The translations under genes were made by a program, and so were the position numbers. Below are positions 43,576 to 51,203 of a stretch of DNA of 64,000 nucleotides, piece after piece. Origin of the DNA: an uncultured Acidimicrobiales bacterium (GTDB taxonomy: Bacteria; Actinomycetota; Acidimicrobiia; Acidimicrobiales; DATKAS01). The stretch spans positions 235,815-299,814 of the forward strand of contig CAWDJB010000002.1 in the NCBI GenBank assembly GCA_963802505.1, read 5' to 3'. The number at the start of each line of letters is the position of its first letter. Positions within the stretch are counted from its first letter, which is position 1. The notes under the pieces were generated by a model, which saw nothing but the letters and a program-made list of their open reading frames with translations, was not told the origin of the DNA and did not search any database.

Positions 43576-43921
43576 CGGCGGCAAGGGCCACCAGCGCGAC
43601 GTTCCGCACGACCGACCACCACGTGACCGGTCGTGAGCTCATCGACCCGAAGCATGCGCACGGCGCTTCCACGCCGCGCAGCAACGCGAGCACGAGGAAC
43701 ACGGTGAACGCCACGAGCAGCGCGATCGCGGCCCACCCGGCATAGGGCAAGCCCGCGACGAGGGCGGCACCGATCGCGACCTCGAGGATGGGGACGACTC
43801 GGACGGCCCATGGCGGGGCTCCGATCGCTCGCGCCTGGGCCGGCCAGCCGCGACTGGTGAGCTTCGCGACGCCTGCGATGACCAAGACCGCCCCGACGAG
43901 CGCGCCGGCCCACGCGCCCAC
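43562..43921 (-). CDS. MauE/DoxX-like small membrane protein
   Basis: 119 aa, 3-4 helices, with the CACFG motif typical of the MauE family. Confidence 0.5.
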   Translation of the reverse strand: MGAWAGALVGAVLVIAGVAKLTSRGWPAQARAIGAPPWAVRVVPILEVAIGAALVAGLPYAGWAAIALLVAFTVFLVLALLRGVEAPCACFGSMSSRPVTWWSVVRNVALVALAAVSLR

Positions 43922-43924
43922 GGG

Positions 43925-44413
43925 TCAGACCTCGAAGCGCCCGTATCCGCCGCGGAAGAAGACCAACGGGCCTCCGTCGTGCGCGACGCCGAGGTCGTGC
44001 ACGCGGCCGAGCACGATGACGTGATCGCCACCCGGGTGCACGGTCTCGATCGTGCAGTCGATCCACGCGAGCACGCCGTCGAGGATGGGTGAGCCGAGGG
44101 GACTCGGCTTGTAGCCGATGCCAGCGAACTTGTCCTCGCTCTTTCCCGCGAAGTGACGACACAGGCCTTCCTGATCGGCGGCGAGGATGTTCACGCAGAA
44201 CTGGCCTGCCTGCTCGATGTGCGGCCAGCTCGTCGACGTGTTGCCCGGGCAGAATGCGACGAGCGGCGGCTCGAGCGACACCGAGGTGAACGAACCGACT
44301 GCGAGGCCGACGGGTTTGTGGTCGGGCGCTGCGGTGACGATCGTGACGCCCGTCGGGAAGTGACCGAGGACCTGCCGGAAGATCGCGGGCTCGACGTTCG
44401 GCGCTTCAGCCAA
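43925..44413 (-). CDS. Flavin reductase (NAD(P)H:flavin oxidoreductase, HpaC/RutF-like)
   Basis: FRQVLGHFPTGVTIVTA...GLAVGSFTSVSLEPPLVAF...GDHVIVLGRV. TTG start. Confidence 0.8.
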   Translation of the reverse strand: MAEAPNVEPAIFRQVLGHFPTGVTIVTAAPDHKPVGLAVGSFTSVSLEPPLVAFCPGNTSTSWPHIEQAGQFCVNILAADQEGLCRHFAGKSEDKFAGIGYKPSPLGSPILDGVLAWIDCTIETVHPGGDHVIVLGRVHDLGVAHDGGPLVFFRGGYGRFEV

Positions 44414-45242
44414 AGGAGACGGTCAACCCCTCGGCTGCAGTGATGAGCTCGACGCCGGCTTGGTCGGCCAGCTCGCGCACGCACGCGGAGAGCTCGTCGA
44501 GGGCCTCGTCGTTGCGGGTGGGATCGTGATGGAACAAGGCGAGCGACTTCGCCCCCGCCTCCTTCGCGACCAGCACCGCGTACTCGACGGTGCAGTGCCC
44601 CCACGTCGACTTCACCGCGAACTCGGGAACCGTGTACTGGGCGTCGTGGATGACGAGGTCGGCGCCGTCGCACAGCTCGAGCGCACCGTCGACGATCGAG
44701 TGACCCCCGTCGATAGGCTGCTGGTGATCGGAGATGTAGGCGACCGTCGCGCCGTCCCACTCGATGCGATAGCCGTTGGTGGGCCCGATGTGGGGCACCG
44801 ATCGAGACGTCACCTTCGCGTCGCCCACCATGAACGTCTCTTCGCCGCGCTCGTGGAACGAGAGCGTGCCGGGAAATGCGTCCATGGCCACAGGGAAGTA
44901 CGGCGGGCGGATGCAGAGATCGAACGACTCGAACAGGCTGAGCCCGTTGTCTTGCACCGGCGCGTGCACGTCGAGATGGCCGCCCTTGAGAAGCGGGACG
45001 AAGAACGGCAGGCCCTGCACATGATCCCAATGGAGGTGCGTGACCAGCGCGTTGCCATTGAACGACCCGTCGAGGGGTTGGGTCTCGCCGAAGTAGCGCA
45101 GGCCCGTGCCCATGTCGAGGATGATCGGATCCTGGCCGGGGGACTCAACTGCCACGCACGAGGTGTTGCCACCGTACCGACGAGTTCGATCACCAGAGCA
45201 CGGTGTCGACCCTCGCACCCCGAAGAAAGTGATGTTGAGCAC
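44406..45242 (-). CDS. MBL-fold metallo-hydrolase
   Basis: THLHWDHVQGLPFF (HxHxDH) motif. I start at GTG 45242 (VLNITFFGVRGS). The ORF-track start at 45287 (TTG) is an alternative. Confidence 0.8.
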   Translation of the reverse strand: MLNITFFGVRGSTPCSGDRTRRYGGNTSCVAVESPGQDPIILDMGTGLRYFGETQPLDGSFNGNALVTHLHWDHVQGLPFFVPLLKGGHLDVHAPVQDNGLSLFESFDLCIRPPYFPVAMDAFPGTLSFHERGEETFMVGDAKVTSRSVPHIGPTNGYRIEWDGATVAYISDHQQPIDGGHSIVDGALELCDGADLVIHDAQYTVPEFAVKSTWGHCTVEYAVLVAKEAGAKSLALFHHDPTRNDEALDELSACVRELADQAGVELITAAEGLTVSFG

Positions 45243-45320
45243 AGGTCCCCCTTGGGTCGGCAAGGGTACAGAACGCTTGAGGATCAATGTTCTTCGGGTG
45301 ACGTATGTCTCGTTCCCCGA

Positions 45321-45349
45321 GTGACCTATATCTCACACCACGTTAAGGT
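45321..45349 (+). promoter_or_regulatory. Candidate promoter for a leaderless transcript of the Trx-fusion / selenoprotein pair
   Basis: GTGACC (45321..45326), a 17-nt spacer, then TAAGGT (45344..45349). GTG 45356 lies 6 nt after the -10 element. This is the same -10 hexamer and geometry as at 21952. Confidence 0.35.
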
Positions 45350-45355
45350 CCGGGC

Positions 45356-46789
45356 GTGGGCCGATCGTTGCCCGATGGGGTCGTCGCCGTCGTCAAGGCC
45401 GAGTGCGCCACGTGTGTGCTCGTGACCCCCGTCTTGCATCAGCTGCGCGAAGCCGGCGTCGAGCTCACCGTCTTCACCCAGGACGAGCCGACCTTCCCCG
45501 AGGGCCTCGCACCGATCCACGACGAGGACCTCGCGGTCTCATACCACCACGACATCGAGACCGTCCCGACCCTGATCCGGGTGAAGGACGGCGTCGAGGT
45601 CGAACGGACCTTCGGCTGGTCCCGGTCGGCGTGGGAAGCGATCACCGCCGTCGAGGGACTGGGGCCGGGCCTCCCCGACATGCGGCCCGGCTGCGGCTCG
45701 CTCTCGGTCGATCCCGACATGGTCGACGTGCTCGCCGTCCGGTTCGGAGCATCGGTGCTGCGCAGCCGGCGGGTCGAGATCGCCGCGCTCGAGGACGAAG
45801 CCGAGGCCCTCTTCGATCGAGGGTGGACCGACGGCCTGCCCGTGGTCGCTCCGACAGAGGCACGAGTGCTTCGGATGCTCACGGGCACGACCCGCTCTCC
45901 CGACGAGGTGGTTGCGGTCGTGCCCCCCGACCTCGTCGAGTGCACCGTCGAGAAGGTCGCCGTCAACGCGGTGATGGCCGGCGCGAAGCCGGAGTACATG
46001 CCAGTGATCCTCGCGGCGCTCGAGGCCGCGTGCACCGACGAGTTCAACATCCACGGTGTGCTCGCCACGACGATGCCGGTCGGTCCGGTGATCATCGTCA
46101 ATGGCCCGATCCGCAACGCCATCGGCATGAACTCGGGCGGCAACGTGCTCGGCCAAGGCAATCGGGCCAACCTCGCGATCGGCCGTGCCGTGCAGCTCGT
46201 CATCCGCAACGTCGGTGGAGGCCGGCCCGGCGGCGTCGACAGAGCAGCCCACGGCAACCCGGGCAAGCTGTCGTTCTGCTTCGCCGAGGACGAGGAGGGC
46301 TCTCCATGGGAGTCGCTCGCCGTCGAGCGCGGCTTCGCGCCTGACGCGTCGACGGTGACGCTGTTCCCGGGCGAAGGACCGCGCTGCGTCGTCGATCAGC
46401 TCGTGCGCGAACCCGAAGCCCTCGCGCGCACGATGGCGGTGTGCCTGCGGACGGTGCACCACCCGAAGCTGCCACTCGGCTTCGACGCCGTGCTCGTCGT
46501 CGGCCCCGAGCACGCTCGCGTGTTCAAGGACGCGGGATGGTCGAAGCAGCGGGCGAAGGACGAGATCCTGAGCAACCTCCAGCTCCCCGGCAGCGAGATC
46601 GTCCGTGGCGCCGGGGGCATCGCGGAGGGCATCCCGGAGCACCTGCGTGAGCTGACCCTGCCGAAGTTCCGCCCGGGCGGGCTGCTGATCGTGCACGCAG
46701 GCGGTGGCGCGGGACTGTTCTCTGCCATCATCGGCGGCTGGGCGAACGGTGAGACCGGCAGCCAGCCCACGACGCGTCTGATCGGATGA
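45356..46789 (+). CDS. Thioredoxin-fold (C-A-T-C) domain fused to a ~370-aa domain of unknown function
   Basis: The N-terminal ~100 aa show thioredoxin-fold landmarks: strand VVAVVKA, redox motif ECATC, and cis-Pro loop ETVPTLIRV. The rest (WTDGLPVVAPTE..., NAVMAGAKPEYMPV, GNRANLAIGRAVQL) matches no family I can name. High GC3 throughout. Confidence 0.75.
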   Translation: MGRSLPDGVVAVVKAECATCVLVTPVLHQLREAGVELTVFTQDEPTFPEGLAPIHDEDLAVSYHHDIETVPTLIRVKDGVEVERTFGWSRSAWEAITAVEGLGPGLPDMRPGCGSLSVDPDMVDVLAVRFGASVLRSRRVEIAALEDEAEALFDRGWTDGLPVVAPTEARVLRMLTGTTRSPDEVVAVVPPDLVECTVEKVAVNAVMAGAKPEYMPVILAALEAACTDEFNIHGVLATTMPVGPVIIVNGPIRNAIGMNSGGNVLGQGNRANLAIGRAVQLVIRNVGGGRPGGVDRAAHGNPGKLSFCFAEDEEGSPWESLAVERGFAPDASTVTLFPGEGPRCVVDQLVREPEALARTMAVCLRTVHHPKLPLGFDAVLVVGPEHARVFKDAGWSKQRAKDEILSNLQLPGSEIVRGAGGIAEGIPEHLRELTLPKFRPGGLLIVHAGGGAGLFSAIIGGWANGETGSQPTTRLIG

Positions 46790-46802
46790 AAAGGGTGATC
46801 GC

Positions 46803-47318
46803 ATGACCATCGTCCTCGATCCCACCGGCGAGCAGGTCCCGGCCGAGCGTGCGCTGTTGCAGCGGCCGCCGTCGGTCGAGGGCCGCACGATCGGCCTGCT
46901 CGACATCTCCAAGCCGCGCGGCAACATCTTCCTCGACCGGCTGCAACATCGGCTCGAAGCCTCGGGCGCCCGTGTCGAACGGTTCGCGAAGCCGACCTTC
47001 ACGAAGCCGGCTCCCGTGGACCTCCGTCACGAGATCGCGACGAAGTGCGACCTCGTGATCGAAGCGTTAGCCGATTGAGGCTCGTGCACGTCGTGCAGTG
47101 TGCACGACATCGTCGATCTGGAGCGCCGGGGCATCCCGTCGATGTTCGTCGCATCGAGCGAGTTCGTCGAGGCAGCCGCCGCCCAGTCGAAGGCACTCGG
47201 TTTCTCGGCCGTGGCGCGTGTGTTCGTGCCGCACCCGATCCAGGACCGCACTGACGAAGAGATGGTGGCGTACGCAGACGCGGCTTACGAGGACATCGTG
47301 AGCCGCATCACCGCCTGA
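46803..47318 (+). CDS. Putative selenoprotein, U-G-S-C motif family, with TGA 47076..47078 decoded as selenocysteine
   Basis: ORFs 46803..47078 and 47100..47318 are in the same frame (offset 297 nt), separated only by TGA plus 7 sense codons. Readthrough gives ...VIEALAD-U-GSCTSCSVHDIVDLERRGIPSMFVASSEF...VFVPHPIQD.... A SECIS-like hairpin follows the TGA. The downstream piece has no SD or ATG of its own. Confidence 0.75.
47082..47108 (+). promoter_or_regulatory. SECIS-like stem-loop downstream of the in-frame UGA
   Basis: GTCGTGCA-GTG-TGCACGAC (47090..47108, 8 perfect bp) begins 11 nt after the UGA. The alternative fold TCGTGCAC-N10-GTGCACGA (47082..47107) is also 8 perfect bp. Confidence 0.6.
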
Positions 47319-48073
47319 CTGATCTCGACCATGCCCTCCTCGACGAGCTGGGCGGCAACGCGCTCCGCGCGGGGGCGATCGTCGGGCCATCCCATCACGA
47401 CATCGAGCTCGCTCACGGGCACGTCTCCGGCGCGGAGCGCGGCGACGAGGCGTCCACGGCCCTGGCGATCTGACCCCGCGAAGGTCGACTGCCGGCGCGT
47501 CGGCCAGTACTGACCGTCCCACCGACAGCCGTCGCGGAACCAGCACTGATCGCACGACGGGTCGCGCGCCGTGCACACGAGGGCACCGAGGTCCATCAGG
47601 CGCTGGTTCCATCCCCAGGCCGCTCCCGCGGGCACGAGCGCGTCGGCTTCACTCTGCAGCTCCTTCGCCGTGAGCCGCCGGCCCGCTCGCCGCGACAGCA
47701 CCCGCGCGATGTTCGTATCGACGACTGCGACGTCCTCCTCGAACGCGAACACGAGGACGGCTCGCGCGGTGTAGGCGCCGATGCCGGGCAATGCCAGCAA
47801 GGCATCGAGATCGCGCGGCACCTCGTCTCCCATGGCAACCGCGGCGCGGTGGAGGCTGACCGCCCGGCGGTTGTAGCCGAGCCCTGCCCACGCCGTGACG
47901 ACGTCGGCCTGCGAGGAGTCGGCACACGCGCGCACGGTCGGGAACCGCTCGAGGAACGCGTGCCAGATCGGCGCGACCCGCGAGACCTGCGTCTGCTGCA
48001 GCATCACCTCTGACACGAGCACCGCCCACGGATCCCGTGTGCGGCGCCACGGCAGATCGCGCAGCAGGTGCAT
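47285..48073 (-). CDS. HhH-GPD base-excision glycosylase (MutY/EndoIII-like, with 4Fe-4S loop)
   Basis: PWAVLVSEVMLQQTQV, LPGIGAYTARAV and a Cys cluster C.......C..C.....C (CTARDPSCDQCWFRDGC). Its 3' end overlaps the selenoprotein gene convergently by 34 nt. Confidence 0.8.
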   Translation of the reverse strand: MHLLRDLPWRRTRDPWAVLVSEVMLQQTQVSRVAPIWHAFLERFPTVRACADSSQADVVTAWAGLGYNRRAVSLHRAAVAMGDEVPRDLDALLALPGIGAYTARAVLVFAFEEDVAVVDTNIARVLSRRAGRRLTAKELQSEADALVPAGAAWGWNQRLMDLGALVCTARDPSCDQCWFRDGCRWDGQYWPTRRQSTFAGSDRQGRGRLVAALRAGDVPVSELDVVMGWPDDRPRAERVAAQLVEEGMVEISQAVMRLTMSS

Positions 48074-48786
48074 CAGGTACGAGTGTGCACTTCGGTGACG
48101 TACGGGAGCGGGATCGGCTCGGTGAACCCGCGCACGAGCTCGCTCACCTGCGCGAGGACGCCGGCGCGCTCGTGCTCGTCCATCGCGGCGATGTAGCTGA
48201 CCGAGGCAACGCGATCGAGCAAGCCGTCATGTGAGAGCGCCTGCACATAGCCGCACGTCCACCTGGTGAACCCGTCGAGGTGGACATGGTCGTACTCGGG
48301 GATGAGGCCGCGGTTCCAGTGGATGATCTGCGAGAGCTCCGCGACCCACGGCACCGACTCGTCGCGCCGGTTCCACACCAGTGCCACTCCGCCGCCTTCG
48401 CGAAGGACGCGGTCGATCTCGGCGAGCGCCTTCTCGCCGTCGAACCAATGGAACGCCTGCGCGACGACGACCGCGTCGACCGAAGCATCGGGCAGCGGGA
48501 TCGCCTCGGCGGTGCCCTCGAGGATCTCGATGCCGGGAACGGCCGCCTCGAACGCGACCCGCATGCCCGCAACCGGCTCGACCGCCACGATCTCGACGCC
48601 GAACGGCGCGAGGAGTCGCGTCATCTTGCCGGTGCCCGCTGCGAGGTCGAGCACGCGCTTTCCCGGGCCGAGCTTCAGCACCTCGACCACATGCGCGACC
48701 GCTGCGTCGGGATAGGAGGGACGGCCCCGCTCGTAGGCCTCGGCCCCGGCGCCGAACCCCGATGCTGCCGTCGGGTTCACGCTCAT
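48073..48786 (-). CDS. Class I SAM-dependent methyltransferase
   Basis: Motif I VLDLAAGTGKMT, and post-II AVVVAQAFHWF. Confidence 0.8.
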   Translation of the reverse strand: MSVNPTAASGFGAGAEAYERGRPSYPDAAVAHVVEVLKLGPGKRVLDLAAGTGKMTRLLAPFGVEIVAVEPVAGMRVAFEAAVPGIEILEGTAEAIPLPDASVDAVVVAQAFHWFDGEKALAEIDRVLREGGGVALVWNRRDESVPWVAELSQIIHWNRGLIPEYDHVHLDGFTRWTCGYVQALSHDGLLDRVASVSYIAAMDEHERAGVLAQVSELVRGFTEPIPLPYVTEVHTRT

Positions 48787-49298
48787 GCCCAGATCTCCGT
48801 TTCGTCGTACGGACGGCGCCGCCCGGGTGCGGCGTCGCGCTTCCAGACCATCACCTTGCGCCGGAAGTAGCAGACCTCCTCCCCCCTCTGGTTGAGACCC
48901 TTGGTCTCCACGGTGACGATGCCGCGGTCGGGCTTGGACGACGACTCGACCACGTCGAGCACCCGCGTCTCGGCGTAGATCGTGTCGCCGTGGAACGTCG
49001 GCTTCTTGTGCGTCAGCGACTCGACCTCGAGGTTCGCGATCGCGGCGCCGCTCACGTCAGGGACGCTCATGCCGAGCACCAGCGAGTACACGAGGTTGCC
49101 GACCACCACGTTCTTGCCGTGCACCGTCTCGTGCTCCGCGAACCACTCGTTCGTGTGCAGCGGGTGGTGGTTCATCGTGATCATGCAGAAGAGGTGATCG
49201 TCGTATTCGGTGATCGTCTTCCCGGGCCAGTGTCGGTAGATGTCACCGACGGCGAAGTCCTCGAGGTAGCGACCGAACGGCCGCTCGTAGGTGGTCAT
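48783..49298 (-). CDS. MaoC-like (R)-specific enoyl-CoA hydratase / dehydratase
   Basis: From ATG 49298 (MTTYERPFGRYLEDFAVGD). Hot-dog fold with NHHPLHTN. Confidence 0.8.
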   Translation of the reverse strand: MTTYERPFGRYLEDFAVGDIYRHWPGKTITEYDDHLFCMITMNHHPLHTNEWFAEHETVHGKNVVVGNLVYSLVLGMSVPDVSGAAIANLEVESLTHKKPTFHGDTIYAETRVLDVVESSSKPDRGIVTVETKGLNQRGEEVCYFRRKVMVWKRDAAPGRRRPYDETEIWA

Positions 49299-49381
49299 GG
49301 TGGCGAGGCTAGCGACCACGCATTTCGCCGCTCGCGAGCAGCATCCCCGATCGGGGGCGACGTGGCGACAATGCTCACCGG

Positions 49382-51193
49382 ATGGGCGCGGCCGTCCTCG
49401 TCATCGCAGCGCTCGCGGTCCTCATTGCCATCGTCGCGACGATCGGATGGAGGCGCGAGAAGGCGCAGAAGCGCAAGATCGCCCGAGTCCTCCACGAGAA
49501 CCTGAGCGAGCGCACCCCGCTGCGCCAGGCGGCCAACGTCCTCGACCACATGCAGATCGGCGTGTATGTCGCTCGGCTCGACGACCCTCGAGACGAGCGG
49601 AGCCTCCGGCTCGTGGCGGCGAACCCCGCGGCTTCGGCAGTCACCGGAGTCCGGGACAGCGATGCGCTCGGCCGGCGTCCGGAGGAAGCGTTTCCGGCGC
49701 TCTCCCATCTCGACCTCTCGGGCACGCTCGCCCAGGTCGTCAGGTCGGGCGTGCAGGTGACGCTCGACAACGTGAGGACGCGGGACACGGCGTACGCGGT
49801 GAACGCCTTCCCGCTCCCGGACCAAGGCGTCGGGCTCACGATCGAGGACATCACCGACCGCACCCTCGCCGAGCAGCGTGCCCGACACCAGGCGCTCCAC
49901 GACGGGTTGACCGGCCTTCCCAATCGGGTGCTGCTCGTCGACCGCCTGCAGCAGGCGATCGAGGCCGAGTCACGAGTCGCAGTGGTCGTCCTCGACATCG
50001 ACCGCTTCAAGGAGGTGAACGCGACGCTCGGGCACCACCACGGCGACCTGCTCCTGGAACAGGTGGCGCGCCGGCTGTCGATCGTCGTCAACGACTCGAC
50101 CACCGTCGCACGGGTCGGAAGCGACGAGTTCGCCGTGGTCCTCAGTGGTGTCGGCGACGAGGCGAGCACCCTCGAGGCCGCGGAGCGGCTCACCGCCAGC
50201 CTCGACCGACCGATCTCGCTCGAGGGCGTGCCGGTCGACACGCGGTGCACCGCAGGGATCGCGATCTATCCCGACCACGGCGACGACGCCGACACGCTCT
50301 TGAAGCGGGCGATCATGGCGCTGATCGAGGCCGAGCGCGCGGGCGTGCCCCGGGCGACATACCGGCCCGAGCACGACCGGTTCAGCCTGCGCCGGCTCAC
50401 GCTCATCGCAGACCTGCGAGGCGCGATCGAGCGCAACGAGCTCGTGCTGCAGTACCAGCCGAACGTGCCCCTCCGAGCGGGAGCGCGGCTGGGAGTCGAA
50501 GCACTGCTCCGCTGGCATCACCCTTCGATGGAAGTCGTCGGCCCCGACGAATTCATCGAGCTGGCGGAGGTCTCGGGGCTGATCCACCCGCTCACGAGAT
50601 GGGTGGTCGCGACGGCGGTGGCGCAGTGCGGGCGCTGGCGCGACGCGGGCCTCGACATCAACGTGTCGGTGAACATCTCGGCTCGCAACTTCGCCGACGG
50701 CGAGCTCACCGACACGATCGCGGCCACACTCGCCGAGGCACGCTTGCCCGCCGACCGCCTCGTGCTCGAGATAACCGAGAGCCAGCTCATGTCCGACCCC
50801 GTCGCGGCGCTCGAGGCGATGGAGCGCATGACCACGTTGGGCGTGCGCACCAGCGTCGACGACTTCGGCACCGGTTACTCCTCGATGTCGCATCTGCGCC
50901 GGCTGCCGATCAACGAGATCAAGATCGACCAGTCGTTCGTGCTCGACATGACTCGCAACGAGAGCGACCGTGCGATCGTCAGGTCGATCATCGAGCTCGG
51001 CCACAACCTCGGTCTCGACGTCGTTGCCGAAGGAGTCGAGGACAAGGCGACGCTCAGCGCGCTGATCGACATGGGGTGCGACCGGGCACAGGGCTTCCTG
51101 CTGTCGGCGGCACTCGCGGCCGACGACGTGCCCCACTGGGTCGCCGGCCCGAGCCTGGTCATCGATCTGACCGACACGAACGCCCCTCACTAG
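49382..51193 (+). CDS. Membrane-anchored PAS-GGDEF-EAL signalling protein
   Basis: N-terminal TM helix and a PAS-like region. The GGDEF domain has a degenerate GSDEF site (VARVGSDEFAVVL). The EAL domain has intact EALLRW, DDFGTGYSS and EGVE motifs. Confidence 0.85.
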   Translation: MGAAVLVIAALAVLIAIVATIGWRREKAQKRKIARVLHENLSERTPLRQAANVLDHMQIGVYVARLDDPRDERSLRLVAANPAASAVTGVRDSDALGRRPEEAFPALSHLDLSGTLAQVVRSGVQVTLDNVRTRDTAYAVNAFPLPDQGVGLTIEDITDRTLAEQRARHQALHDGLTGLPNRVLLVDRLQQAIEAESRVAVVVLDIDRFKEVNATLGHHHGDLLLEQVARRLSIVVNDSTTVARVGSDEFAVVLSGVGDEASTLEAAERLTASLDRPISLEGVPVDTRCTAGIAIYPDHGDDADTLLKRAIMALIEAERAGVPRATYRPEHDRFSLRRLTLIADLRGAIERNELVLQYQPNVPLRAGARLGVEALLRWHHPSMEVVGPDEFIELAEVSGLIHPLTRWVVATAVAQCGRWRDAGLDINVSVNISARNFADGELTDTIAATLAEARLPADRLVLEITESQLMSDPVAALEAMERMTTLGVRTSVDDFGTGYSSMSHLRRLPINEIKIDQSFVLDMTRNESDRAIVRSIIELGHNLGLDVVAEGVEDKATLSALIDMGCDRAQGFLLSAALAADDVPHWVAGPSLVIDLTDTNAPH

Positions 51194-51203
51194 CCTCGGT
51201 CGC

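Noticed and set aside
46803-47318. The alternative reading of this locus as two independent small genes (46803..47078 and 47100..47318), or as a pseudogene broken by a nonsense mutation.
   Set aside because: The two pieces are in the same frame, only 7 sense codons apart. The downstream piece lacks an ATG or SD. The TGA sits exactly in a U-G-S-C-x-x-C context, and a perfect 8-bp hairpin starts 11 nt after it. This still needs confirmation that Sec machinery is present in the genome.
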